A DNA stretch of 47,290 nucleotides from a virus (Duplodnaviria > Caudoviricetes). A model generated the notes under the pieces. It worked only from the letters and a program-made list of their open reading frames with translations, did no database searches and had not been told where the DNA came from. How positions within the stretch are numbered: the first letter of the stretch is position 1; each line of letters opens with the position of its first letter. Made by a program: the position numbers and the translations under genes. Location of the stretch: positions 1-47,290 of the IMG/VR virus record IMGVR_UViG_3300030376_004479. One strand, given 5' to 3'. Positions 1 through 8,656 of the stretch are shown here, piece by piece.

Positions 1-355
1 TAGATTGTTTTAGGGCTCTTATTACATAAGCTTCTGGTGCCTGCGTCAAAGCAGAACTAAAACTAGCGTAACCATCAATAGATTTGCGTTGTCCTGTTGC
101 ATCAGGAAAACTATAGACTGCGACTACAGGCCTAGCTGATGGTAATCGTAGTTCTTTGATCGCATCAGTTACTGGCTCATTTATAAAAGCAGACTTAGAA
201 AAACATTGTGCTTCACCTATTATGGTTACTACATCTTTATAGTCGTTGTTAGGATTGGTTAGGCAGGGTGATATGTATTCTAAGTGCGTGGCACAACTAG
301 AAACCAAAGTCCCCAATAGGGATAGTGATAGTAGTTGTTTCGCCAGTTGTTTCAT
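1..355 (-). CDS. csgG: Curli secretion channel CsgG-like outer-membrane lipoprotein (5' part, truncated at window start; not in ORF track)
   Basis: Manual translation from ATG at 355: MKQLAKQLLSLSLLGTLVSSC (lipobox Cys) ... RPVVAVYSFPDATGQRKSIDGYASFSSALTQAPEAYVIRALKQS. Matches the CsgG VAVYxFxDxTGQ..FSxAxTQ signature; overlaps the csgF 3' end by 59 nt. Confidence 0.85.
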   Translation of the reverse strand, partial: MKQLAKQLLSLSLLGTLVSSCATHLEYISPCLTNPNNDYKDVVTIIGEAQCFSKSAFINEPVTDAIKELRLPSARPVVAVYSFPDATGQRKSIDGYASFSSALTQAPEAYVIRALKQS

Positions 356-773
356 TAAATATAGTCATTGTAATATTTATACCGTCAGTCGTCCAAGTTA
401 TGAGGTTATCAAACAAAGTGAAAGAACCTTCATCAGCTGGATTTTCGCCAAACAGTTGATCTACTAATTGCCTGGACAGTTGTGCATAAACTCTCGATTC
501 GAAGTTTCTTAGAAATCTAGCTAGAGTTGTATTGTCAGCATCTCTTTCTAATTCATCTTGTAGAGCTTTAATTTCTGCACGTAAAGCTTCTCTTCTACTA
601 AATTCTTGCTCGTCTATCGTTAGGTAATGTTGTGAAGTGCCAACGCCTGAAAATGCAGGTGATTTAAATTTGAATTTTATTTCGTCGGCGAGGACAGGAA
701 GCATTAAGATTGGGATTAAGTATATTGCGCAACCCATCCTCTTGTATTTATCTTTGTAATAATCGTTATTCAT
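297..773 (-). CDS. csgF: Curli assembly protein CsgF-like
   Basis: Signal peptide ending ...LPVLA then mature DEIKFKFKSPAFSG, and FLRNFESRVYAQLSRQL..LFG, typical of CsgF; adjacent to csgG. Start moved to ATG 773 (GGAG at 783-786). Confidence 0.8.
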   Translation of the reverse strand: MNNDYYKDKYKRMGCAIYLIPILMLPVLADEIKFKFKSPAFSGVGTSQHYLTIDEQEFSRREALRAEIKALQDELERDADNTTLARFLRNFESRVYAQLSRQLVDQLFGENPADEGSFTLFDNLITWTTDGINITMTIFNETTGETTTITIPIGDFGF

Positions 774-871
774 AAAACTAAACTCCAAAAGCCTATACAG
801 AAACTGACTATCAAAATCCAAGCTGTCAGCTTATACCAGTCTAATCTGTATCTAGTCTTTTCTTTGATCAT
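770..871 (-). CDS. 33-aa single-pass membrane peptide (not in ORF track)
   Basis: MIKEKTRYRLDWYKLTAWILIVSFCIGFWSLVL; stop overlaps the csgF start (ATGA) and fills the gap in the operon. Confidence 0.55.
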   Translation of the reverse strand: MIKEKTRYRLDWYKLTAWILIVSFCIGFWSLVL

Positions 872-1202
872 CTCTGTCAGCCTTAGCAATTTTGTTACTG
901 TCTATAAGTTGTGGCACTCCTAATATAGTTTTAATTAAAGTATCTTGTCTTATTATTTCGTTATCTAAACTTCTTACCCTATCTATTAAGGCTACTAAAA
1001 TACCGTGTTGTGAGTCAAGCTTAGTGCCAAGTCTTTGCTCCATAGCGCTTATTTGTTCTGCAACTTTTTCATCAACGACATCTAATTTGTTTTCCATACC
1101 GTCAACAATCTTCATTATTAGTTTATAGATAAACCAACCAAGTCCAATAGCAGCAGCTATCGGGAAACCTAGTTGTTGAATTATTGTTACTACTTCTTGC
1201 AT
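852..1202 (-). CDS. Membrane-anchored coiled-coil protein (YvrJ/BhlA-like, possibly holin-associated)
   Basis: N-terminal IQQLGFPIAAAIGLGWFIY TM helix followed by heptad coiled coil. Confidence 0.55.
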   Translation of the reverse strand: MQEVVTIIQQLGFPIAAAIGLGWFIYKLIMKIVDGMENKLDVVDEKVAEQISAMEQRLGTKLDSQHGILVALIDRVRSLDNEIIRQDTLIKTILGVPQLIDSNKIAKADRDDQRKD

Positions 1203-1271
1203 GATAAAAGAGTAGTCTGATGATCCCCTGGTTTTGTATGGAAACCGTTGAGCTTTACGCTAGTCAACAGA

Positions 1272-1745
1272 CTACTCATCTTTCTTGTGTGATGCTCCAA
1301 AATAAAAGGATATGACTGCACTAGCCAGTCCACCCAAATAACCCAACACAAGGTTAATTAAAGCTTCACTATTCTGTTCAGGCGGTTGTATTGTTACCAA
1401 AAATATATAACCCATAAACCCACCAATAACTACTACACCGAGCAGTTTAGATGTCCAGTCACTACTAAAAGTTTTTCTAGCATCTTGTAGGTCTTGTGTT
1501 TCTAATTTAAAAACATCAACCTCTAACTCTTTCATTTGTTTTTCAAAGTCTAGCTCTGCTTTTTTTATTTCTGCTAGCTGTTGTGGTGATGCTTGTTGCA
1601 CAGCTTTCTCTACTGCGCCCTTGTTATTAGGCACGCCAAGTTTGTCAGCTAACATACTCATAGCTGCGTTGCCCATTGGACCACCTAACGCTGTTCCGAT
1701 TGTAGGTGCTACTGCTCCTACTAATACTTTTAATTTGTCTAACAT
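1272..1745 (-). CDS. Holin-like membrane protein (3TM/GTA-type holin-like)
   Basis: VAPTIGTALGGP N-terminus, DLQDAR motif, two C-terminal TM helices ending VISFYFGAS. Confidence 0.65.
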   Translation of the reverse strand: MLDKLKVLVGAVAPTIGTALGGPMGNAAMSMLADKLGVPNNKGAVEKAVQQASPQQLAEIKKAELDFEKQMKELEVDVFKLETQDLQDARKTFSSDWTSKLLGVVVIGGFMGYIFLVTIQPPEQNSEALINLVLGYLGGLASAVISFYFGASHKKDE

Positions 1746-2203
1746 ATTCCTATTTCGCTCCTATCCATTCCTAATGGTTTGTCTGATAAACATTTTAACA
1801 TATCTTTAGGTATGTGAGCATACGGCTCATTATCGTCTTCATATGTGGGGTCAGGCGATATATTCATCCTTATATCGTAAACATAATCTGGATCCCATTC
1901 ATGGTAGTATAAGCCATCCGTCATAGCATATACGGTTATAAATGGGACACCAGTTGATTGTGCATACATAGCACCCTTCATCAGCTTTGCAACTGACAGA
2001 ATAAATGTGTCGTATTTATCAAAGCTAAATGTTCTGCATTTTACCTCGCACCAAAAACATTTGTCTTTAGATTCAATCCAATAATCTAAGCTATAGGCTG
2101 TGGGTAATTTATGGCAGGTTACATCCCAAGCACCTTCTAAGTATCCAGCTACTCGTTCTTCTCTTTTTTGATCGTCTATAGTTTCAAAACTAGGTTTCTT
2201 CAT
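1739..2203 (-). CDS. PD-(D/E)XK superfamily nuclease
   Basis: E..(YSL)D..WCEVKCR catalytic pattern. Confidence 0.6.
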   Translation of the reverse strand: MKKPSFETIDDQKREERVAGYLEGAWDVTCHKLPTAYSLDYWIESKDKCFWCEVKCRTFSFDKYDTFILSVAKLMKGAMYAQSTGVPFITVYAMTDGLYYHEWDPDYVYDIRMNISPDPTYEDDNEPYAHIPKDMLKCLSDKPLGMDRSEIGIC

Positions 2204-2205
2204 AT

Positions 2206-4329
2206 TTAATCCTCATAGTATGTTGGGTCTACAGCCACAAGTCTTTTAGTAGGCCTGCCTTTACCCCCAATCTTTATATCCATCTCTTGAACTTCACCAG
2301 CATTCTTCAATCTTTCAATAATTTCTTTAACTTCATAAGACTTCATACTTCTAAAAAGTTCTCCTCTGTCTACTTCACGTTTAGAAATCCCTGTATCTCC
2401 TCTAGATCTAATGAAAGATAAAACTTGTTTGATTTTTGATTCTGTTGCTGAAGATGCTACTTTGTCACGACATGCTTCAATAAATAAGAGATCGTAATAC
2501 CTTACATAATCTATACTCCATTTTGTTACATATCCTGGGACTTCTTTACAATCAGGGTTGTCAGCTATAGCACATACCAAAGACAGTCTCATAGCTTTTT
2601 CTCTTGTCCTTGACAGCAAAGGTTCTAGATTATCTTTTTCTAAAACCTCTTGTCTCTTTACTATCTCTTGTGCAAACTCGTTTAGAAGTTGTTCGCTGTC
2701 TTGCGAAAAAGGTATAACGTGTGGTCTAAAATCTAGTTCAGCGTTGTTAAGTTCAACACCACCAAACTCTGAACGTGATCTACGGATGTAGTTAACCCAG
2801 TTAACTATTTGTAATGGTGGGCTTTTGAATTTCTTCAGTCTTTGCACTTTCCTTGGTTCCTTTGATTCAATAACCAAAAACCTGTTTAAGAAACCATCAG
2901 CAATACGGCCAGAGTTAAGAGCCTTATAAAAATTTTGTGGGACTGATAAGCCTACCAAAGTAATTGCAGGCTTGTGTGTCACACGGTTCATAGCTTGATC
3001 TTTATATTGATCAGGCACACTCATCAAAGAATAATTATCAGGTCTTAAGGTGCCGTGACATCTGCCCCAAGCTTCCATAAGTGTTTGTATACCGTCTTCT
3101 CTGTTAGTGTTTTGTTGTGCTCCAATAGCTTCAAGTCTCTTACCAAACTCATCCATAATAGTTATTTGTGTTGGTCTATAACGCAAAATAGAATGGACTG
3201 CACCTGAAGATGTGTAACCGTCACCCACGACAAGATCTGAGTGTTCTGACATATTTAGAACAGCTTCTACAAATGATTTAATATTCTCTTTCCCTTGTCC
3301 TGATTTAGCTATACCCATAAAGTAAAGCGAGGCAAAGTTATTCATTGTCGTCCGATACAATCTGCCACAACTAACACTAGCGAGTGCCAAGGCACCTACA
3401 ACAGACAGTTCAGGTTGTGATACTTGTGCAAGCTCTTCACAAAACTTAAACATATCTTTTAAGATTCCTGGGGGGTTAAATAGATCTTTTGGTGGCACCA
3501 CTTGTTCTTTAGTGTTTGTAAATAGTGGTGCTCTTTGATTTTTTCTATCATGTGTCTTTTTTACATTATCTACAACAGAGTTTATTTCTGATCTTGGAAG
3601 GGGCGGTTGATTTTGTGTGTTCCAAGACTGCATAAAAAACTTTATAAAATCTTGGTTTACACCTCTAGAAATAAGGTAGCCTGCTAATCTCGCTGCTTGA
3701 TCGTTTCTTGAGCCTTCATTCACACCGTCAAGTGAAAAGGGTGCAGTAACTAATTGTCCTTCGTTGTTCTTACCATTACCTGTTATTTGTTCCCATTCTT
3801 TTTCTGTAAAGTCTGGCAGATCGTCAAAGTCATGCACATCCCACTCAGGTATGGTTTGTGGTCTATATAGGTTGCCGTTAGCATGTTTATTGTAAGGTGC
3901 TATTATTAAGCCACCCTCCCCTCTTATGTCTATAAGTCTTTCAATTGGTGTATCGTTAGTTCTCTTTGTTGCAAAGGTTGTGAAGTTTTCTGGATTGTTA
4001 TAATAGTAATGCATACCCTTACCAGTAACTACTTTGAAAGGAGAAGGGGGTAGGTTGTTATCAACCCACCCCATAGCTTCAGGTGTATCAGCATCAACAA
4101 CAATAAATTGACCGCAGATGAGTGCGACTACAAGATCATCACGATCTTTAAACCACTCAATTACAGTCTCTCTTTTGGGCCTTTCTGTTTTGTATTGATG
4201 CCAACCACCCAAAAAAACTGGTGGTTTTTTAGATTGCCTGAGTAGCGGAACTACTGACAGACCTTCATCATAATAGGCTAACGCCAGATCGAGAGGCTTC
4301 TCGTCTTCTGTAAGGTTTAGGTTGAACAT
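2206..4329 (-). CDS. Bifunctional DNA primase/polymerase (Prim-Pol) with PriCT and DUF3987-type helicase domain
   Basis: VVDAD, TGKGMHYYY and IDIRGEGG AEP motifs; EGSRND PriCT; AKSGQGKE Walker A, MDEFG Walker B, DGFLNRF. Confidence 0.85.
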   Translation of the reverse strand: MFNLNLTEDEKPLDLALAYYDEGLSVVPLLRQSKKPPVFLGGWHQYKTERPKRETVIEWFKDRDDLVVALICGQFIVVDADTPEAMGWVDNNLPPSPFKVVTGKGMHYYYNNPENFTTFATKRTNDTPIERLIDIRGEGGLIIAPYNKHANGNLYRPQTIPEWDVHDFDDLPDFTEKEWEQITGNGKNNEGQLVTAPFSLDGVNEGSRNDQAARLAGYLISRGVNQDFIKFFMQSWNTQNQPPLPRSEINSVVDNVKKTHDRKNQRAPLFTNTKEQVVPPKDLFNPPGILKDMFKFCEELAQVSQPELSVVGALALASVSCGRLYRTTMNNFASLYFMGIAKSGQGKENIKSFVEAVLNMSEHSDLVVGDGYTSSGAVHSILRYRPTQITIMDEFGKRLEAIGAQQNTNREDGIQTLMEAWGRCHGTLRPDNYSLMSVPDQYKDQAMNRVTHKPAITLVGLSVPQNFYKALNSGRIADGFLNRFLVIESKEPRKVQRLKKFKSPPLQIVNWVNYIRRSRSEFGGVELNNAELDFRPHVIPFSQDSEQLLNEFAQEIVKRQEVLEKDNLEPLLSRTREKAMRLSLVCAIADNPDCKEVPGYVTKWSIDYVRYYDLLFIEACRDKVASSATESKIKQVLSFIRSRGDTGISKREVDRGELFRSMKSYEVKEIIERLKNAGEVQEMDIKIGGKGRPTKRLVAVDPTYYED

Positions 4330-4655
4330 TCAGCAATTATATCTTCGAGATTACCATAGATGGATTCAAAATCTAACTTCCCTTCGGATGCTCGAATGAT
4401 TAATTTTGCTTGATCGACGGATGGTTGCCTGTGGCCATAACGCCAGGCTTTTATAGAATGTATTGAACATTCAAATAAATTGGCAGCTTCTTTGTTGCCA
4501 ATAAATTCTATGTATTCTTTTAAAGTATATCTTTTCACTTCTCTCTCCTTATATTTTGGTTGTATATTTATAGCTTCTAGTTTCTTCAGGTATGAGGTAG
4601 ATAGCACTTTATTTCTAAAGTGATAATTAGCTAACCAAGTTGGTTTCTTCTCCAT
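4317..4655 (-). CDS. Cro-like helix-turn-helix regulator
   Basis: TLKEYIEFIGNKEAANLFECSIHSIKAWRYGHRQP HTH; first gene of the operon at a divergent promoter region. Confidence 0.65.
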   Translation of the reverse strand: MEKKPTWLANYHFRNKVLSTSYLKKLEAINIQPKYKEREVKRYTLKEYIEFIGNKEAANLFECSIHSIKAWRYGHRQPSVDQAKLIIRASEGKLDFESIYGNLEDIIAECST

Positions 4656-4741
4656 ATCTTTACAAATTGAAACTGTCTGTTTTACAAATAGTAGTTTATG
4701 TTATAATATATGTCAATATTAATTTTATTCGGAGATATTAT

Positions 4742-5458
4742 ATGTCTTTTAAAGATAGAATCGTTAGCCCTGATTCATTGGTGAATCAACAAGGGGTTAA
4801 GATACTCGTTTATGGAGCTGCAGGTGCTGGTAAAACAACGCTTTGCGGGACTGCTCCAGGAAGAAAACTGATGATTGATATGGAATCTGGTTTGCTCTCA
4901 GTCAGAGATAGCCAAGACATAGATGTTATTCAGGTTAAGGAAGCAAAAGAAATTATTGAGATTTGTGAAGCTTTGAAAAATGGTGAATTAGTTTACGATA
5001 CCGTATGCTTAGACTCCATATCAGAGATGTCAGAAATACTTTTAAATTTTGAAAAAGCTAGACATAAGGATCCAAGAATGGCATATGGTAATGTTCAAGA
5101 AACATGCACAAATGTTATGAGGGCCTATAGAGATTTGCATATGCATGTAGTTTTCGTTTCTAAAATGGAAAAGATGAACGTAGATAATGTAATGCAATAC
5201 GAACCAAAAATGGTTGGAACGAAACTAGGACAGTCAATCACATACTTTTTTGATGAAGTGTTAGCACTTAGAGTCATAGAAGAACAAGATGATGAAGGTG
5301 CTCTAGTAAAAAATAGATGGCTTCAGACTGATGTTGGTCAAGGCTATACTGCAAAAGATAGGTCGGGCAAGCTTGATGGCTTCGAAGTGCCTAACTTAAC
5401 TAGCGTAATTGAAAGGCTAGGTTTTAAAACTCAAGTCATAGGAGGAAATGATGAGTGA
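4742..5458 (+). CDS. AAA_24 / Sak4-like P-loop ATPase (recombination, ssDNA annealing)
   Basis: YGAAGAGKTT Walker A, VCLDSISE Walker B, C-terminal AKDRSGKL. Start moved to ATG 4742 (GGAG at 4731). Confidence 0.8.
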   Translation: MSFKDRIVSPDSLVNQQGVKILVYGAAGAGKTTLCGTAPGRKLMIDMESGLLSVRDSQDIDVIQVKEAKEIIEICEALKNGELVYDTVCLDSISEMSEILLNFEKARHKDPRMAYGNVQETCTNVMRAYRDLHMHVVFVSKMEKMNVDNVMQYEPKMVGTKLGQSITYFFDEVLALRVIEEQDDEGALVKNRWLQTDVGQGYTAKDRSGKLDGFEVPNLTSVIERLGFKTQVIGGNDE

Positions 5459-5924
5459 TTTTGATGGTGTAAAGTGGTTAGAGAATATAACTAAACCACC
5501 CGTTGTCGAGAAAAAAGAAATTGCACCCCCAGGTGTGCATAGTGCGAGAATCATTACTGCTGAGAAATATAAGTCTCAAAGCGGTAATTGGACAGTAAGA
5601 GTTGTTTATGAAATAAATAACGGTAACAACAGAGATCATGTAGAGTTCTACTCATTATGGTCTGCTAGTGAAGAAGCAAAAAGAATCTCTAACGAGATGT
5701 TTACGCAACTTTGCAAAGCAACTGGATTTAAATCTTTTCCAGATGATGTGCATTCACTTGTGAATAAAACACTTGATCTAGGCTTATATCATAAGGAAGA
5801 GTCCTGGACTAATAAGGAAGGTGAGGAAGTTAACTCAAAGAAAACTAAAATCGGCGAGTATCTTAGCTCAGTTAGTCCAACGGCACCAAGTGGAGATAAA
5901 TCTAAGTCGCCACCGACTTTATAG
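5448..5924 (+). CDS. Single-stranded DNA-binding protein (DUF669-like)
   Basis: PPGxHxAxI..SQSGN pattern, disordered C-terminal tail, directly after the Sak4-like gene. Confidence 0.6.
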   Translation: MMSDFDGVKWLENITKPPVVEKKEIAPPGVHSARIITAEKYKSQSGNWTVRVVYEINNGNNRDHVEFYSLWSASEEAKRISNEMFTQLCKATGFKSFPDDVHSLVNKTLDLGLYHKEESWTNKEGEEVNSKKTKIGEYLSSVSPTAPSGDKSKSPPTL

Positions 5925-5937
5925 GTTAGGTGCTATG

Positions 5938-5961
5938 AAGGGGCGCAAGCCCCTTTTTTTT
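5938..5961 (+). terminator. Rho-independent terminator
   Basis: AAGGGGC-GCAA-GCCCCTT followed by a T run. Confidence 0.85.
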
Positions 5962-6032
5962 ACTTCTAATTTAGTCTAGTATATATACACCATTCTATAT
6001 CATTCTCCGAATGGTTAATTTATAGTGTATAT

Positions 6033-6066
6033 AAAGAAGGGAGCCTTTCGGCTCCCTTTCTTTTTT
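6033..6066 (-). terminator. Rho-independent (likely bidirectional) terminator
   Basis: GGGAGCC-GAAA-GGCTCCC on the minus strand, with T-rich tails on both strands, between converging operons. Confidence 0.8.
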
Positions 6067-6092
6067 AGGATTAATGAAAAATTAAATTAAAT

Positions 6093-6410
6093 TTAATTGT
6101 TCGTATATTCTAACAACATCTCTAAACTATGTATAGCTTTCTTAATATCTTCAGATCCATTTTTGAATCTGTTTCTAGTAATGTAGCTTATTGCTTCAGA
6201 CTCTAAGTTATTAAGTTTATTTTTATAACAATACTCAGCAGGCTGTATGGCTAACTTTTTGTAATGATCGCCACCTACTTGACGGCTAGAAGCTTTAGCA
6301 TCTATTTGCTTATCCCATTCTGCATCTGAAACTTCATCTCCTAAGTTTTCACCGAAGTTACACTTTTCTTCTTTGTGATAATCTTCGGGCTTTATATTAT
6401 CTATACTCAT
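6093..6410 (-). CDS. DUF3310 protein (T7 gp1.7-like nucleotide kinase family)
   Basis: QVGGDHYK..IQP..YITR..KNG.EDIKKA motif. Confidence 0.75.
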   Translation of the reverse strand: MSIDNIKPEDYHKEEKCNFGENLGDEVSDAEWDKQIDAKASSRQVGGDHYKKLAIQPAEYCYKNKLNNLESEAISYITRNRFKNGSEDIKKAIHSLEMLLEYTNN

Positions 6411-7270
6411 AATTCAATCTCCACTATTTCTGGTGTGTTATATGTAGTAGGTAAGTTCCTACCTTCTATAACGGATTTATATTCGCCTAACAACCTGTCA
6501 AGCTCTAGCCACCCAGCTTCCATATCTTCATGTTTCATTTTGAATACCTTGGAGGCATAAGGGTGTTTCTTTTCTTGTGCTACAAATAAAAAGTCAGCAA
6601 CGGTAAAGCCTGCTTTTTCAAAAGCTCGTTTATACCAAGATGCTTGCAGTTCATACTGATACTTCTTTACAGAGCTGGTGAAGTCTCTAGGCTTCACAGA
6701 TTGTGTGGTTTTGTAATCTACAAGAATTATAGTCTTATCATCATACTGACCGCTCATTGGATATCTAAGCATGTCTGACTTTACTTTACACAACATATCA
6801 TCTTCCCACCAAAACAGAGCTACTTCTGAAGGCCTAGTAAAAACCTCAGGGTAATCTGTCTTTGTCGGGTTCAATACTGTATCACCGTAAATACCTAAAG
6901 AGTTTTTCATTTTGTAAATGGTTTCTTTGTCCGTTGTGTTGATAACAGTCAAACCTCTTTTCTCGTAATCTCTTTTCAGATCTTTATTGGCTTGTGTGTA
7001 AGGTGAGCCTACTAGACACGCTACTTCTTTATTAAAGACGCTTTCGCCTTCTACTATCATAGCGTGTGCAGCAGACCCAAATCTTAGTGCATGTGACTCT
7101 TCCATTTGTTCTTCTAAAGCATGGACTTGTGATTGGCCAAACCTTCTTATGGTAGATGAAGATATGCCTGGAGAGTTGTGATAAAAATCGTTTGGCATAT
7201 CAGGAAAGTAATAAGTGTCTCCTAACACTACATGTTCATATTCATTAAGTATTTCAGGTAATTGTTTCAT
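6407..7270 (-). CDS. RecE/exonuclease VIII-like PD-(D/E)XK exonuclease (DUF3799)
   Basis: YH..GISSS, FGSAAH, EVA, CKVKSD, VDYKTT, YELQASWY, FVAQEK motifs. Confidence 0.8.
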   Translation of the reverse strand: MKQLPEILNEYEHVVLGDTYYFPDMPNDFYHNSPGISSSTIRRFGQSQVHALEEQMEESHALRFGSAAHAMIVEGESVFNKEVACLVGSPYTQANKDLKRDYEKRGLTVINTTDKETIYKMKNSLGIYGDTVLNPTKTDYPEVFTRPSEVALFWWEDDMLCKVKSDMLRYPMSGQYDDKTIILVDYKTTQSVKPRDFTSSVKKYQYELQASWYKRAFEKAGFTVADFLFVAQEKKHPYASKVFKMKHEDMEAGWLELDRLLGEYKSVIEGRNLPTTYNTPEIVEIEL

Positions 7271-7458
7271 CCTGTTCTCCTTACATTCTTAGCCCAAGTA
7301 GCAGCAGGTTTCATGATTTCTTCATATTCGTAGCCGAACTCCTGTAAAAGTTTGATAAGAGCTGGGTAGCCAAATCTCCTATCAACTTTTATTATCTCTC
7401 CTACTTCTAAGTTTTTTACCTTGTCGTGTAGTTTGTTATACATCTTTTGACTTACCAT
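7267..7458 (-). CDS. Small putative DNA-binding protein (LEVGE family)
   Basis: LEVGEII..VRRT pattern shared with ORFs at 8021 and 12719; overlaps both neighbours. Confidence 0.5.
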   Translation of the reverse strand: MVSQKMYNKLHDKVKNLEVGEIIKVDRRFGYPALIKLLQEFGYEYEEIMKPAATWAKNVRRTG

Positions 7459-7633
7459 CCTTTACTCTATCAAACATATCAGTAATATGTTGTCTTTGCT
7501 CTACAGGTAACGCATTGATGTTGCGTATCAGGTCTAACACAGCATCTGTTGCATGATGTGTAGCCATCTCTAATTCTTCGATTGGTGACAGATTGTTGAT
7601 GTCTGTCGGTTTAATTTTATGTATATCTTTCAT
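7436..7633 (-). CDS. Hypothetical protein
   Basis: 65-aa helical ORF at the head of a minus-strand operon. Confidence 0.55.
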   Translation of the reverse strand: MKDIHKIKPTDINNLSPIEELEMATHHATDAVLDLIRNINALPVEQRQHITDMFDRVKDGKSKDV

Positions 7634-7637
7634 AATA

Positions 7638-7667
7638 TTGACATTATATCCGAAATAGGTATATCAT
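7638..7667 (+). promoter_or_regulatory. Sigma70-type promoter
   Basis: TTGACA-18nt-TATCAT upstream of RBS AAGGA and ATG 7698. Confidence 0.55.
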
Positions 7668-7697
7668 GTCTACTAACAGTATAAATAAGGATGGATT

Positions 7698-7925
7698 ATG
7701 TCTAGAATGTATAGAATATTTTACGATAATGTGTTGGACGATCCAAAGCGACATGATGCTATGGATGAGGCTCTCAACATGGGTTGGGAACAACACCAAG
7801 AACTTATCGGTAACTACGAAAAATGTCATCTTAAACACAAAGGGTTTGCCGTAATAAATCCTAGTATGGAAGTTGATATTTTAATGACTGATTATGATTT
7901 AGATGCCTATCGGTATGGAGTCTAA
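7698..7925 (+). CDS. Hypothetical protein
   Basis: 75-aa ORF with AAGGA RBS. Confidence 0.6.
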   Translation: MSRMYRIFYDNVLDDPKRHDAMDEALNMGWEQHQELIGNYEKCHLKHKGFAVINPSMEVDILMTDYDLDAYRYGV

Positions 7926-8020
7926 TTAGTTATGTCGTGTATCTCAATTAATTCTCCTTGAGGTAGAAGGTAACAGAGCGACCTGGCGACGAAACGCTCT
8001 GCTTAATTTGGAGGCTAATA

Positions 8021-8386
8021 ATGATAGGAATAAATTTAGAGTTTGAGAAAGGTGTGCCCTTACCACGCAGTAGGGTTGGAAAAAAACAACGCCCAGCTTC
8101 AGTCAAAGATCTTATTTGTTTATGGATAGAAACAGAAGCTGAGGTCGGGGACAGCTTTAAATTACAAGGCAACAAGCTTAGAAATAATGTTATGCAACAT
8201 TTCAACGCAAGATATAGGCCAACTGATGAAGGTTATGTGCATGTGTTAAGTTACAGAACTTTAAATGCTGAAGAAGAAATATATCGTGTTTGGATTGTAG
8301 AAAAGTTCAGGGCTAATAGAAAAGCTAATGGTGGCTGGGATTTTTTCACTAAACATGAACATAAAAAATTAGCTGCAACCAGGTAA
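8021..8386 (+). CDS. Putative DNA-binding protein (EKGVPLP..EVGDSF..RVW family)
   Basis: GGAGG RBS; FEKGVPLP, AEVGDSF and YRVWIV motifs common in small phage proteins. Confidence 0.6.
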   Translation: MIGINLEFEKGVPLPRSRVGKKQRPASVKDLICLWIETEAEVGDSFKLQGNKLRNNVMQHFNARYRPTDEGYVHVLSYRTLNAEEEIYRVWIVEKFRANRKANGGWDFFTKHEHKKLAATR

Positions 8387-8521
8387 ACATTATTGTCAGA
8401 CTTTTGTCATAGAGTGCGTGACATGGGAAACATTGATAAACAAAGGGCTAAGGTATTTTTGCATTTTTTTCATTTTTGTCAGGGAACTAGAGACTAATAT
8501 ACTTATAAATATACATAGAAC

Positions 8522-8550
8522 TTGACAGTATAAGTCGGGTTCGCTAAGAT
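8522..8550 (+). promoter_or_regulatory. Sigma70-type promoter upstream of terS
   Basis: TTGACA-17nt-TAAGAT. Confidence 0.55.
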
Positions 8551-8656
8551 CGGATGTTATACATATATAGGATATGTAGGGCTAGCCACATCTAAAGGGC
8601 TAGATATAGCCCATCTACTTTACATCTACACAAAGTATCATCTAGTATAAGCACAT

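Noticed and set aside
1216-1275. Hammerhead ribozyme (CTGATGA..GAAAC on + strand)
   Set aside because: Stem II cannot form between CTGATGA and GAAA, and stem I does not pair next to the candidate GTC cleavage site
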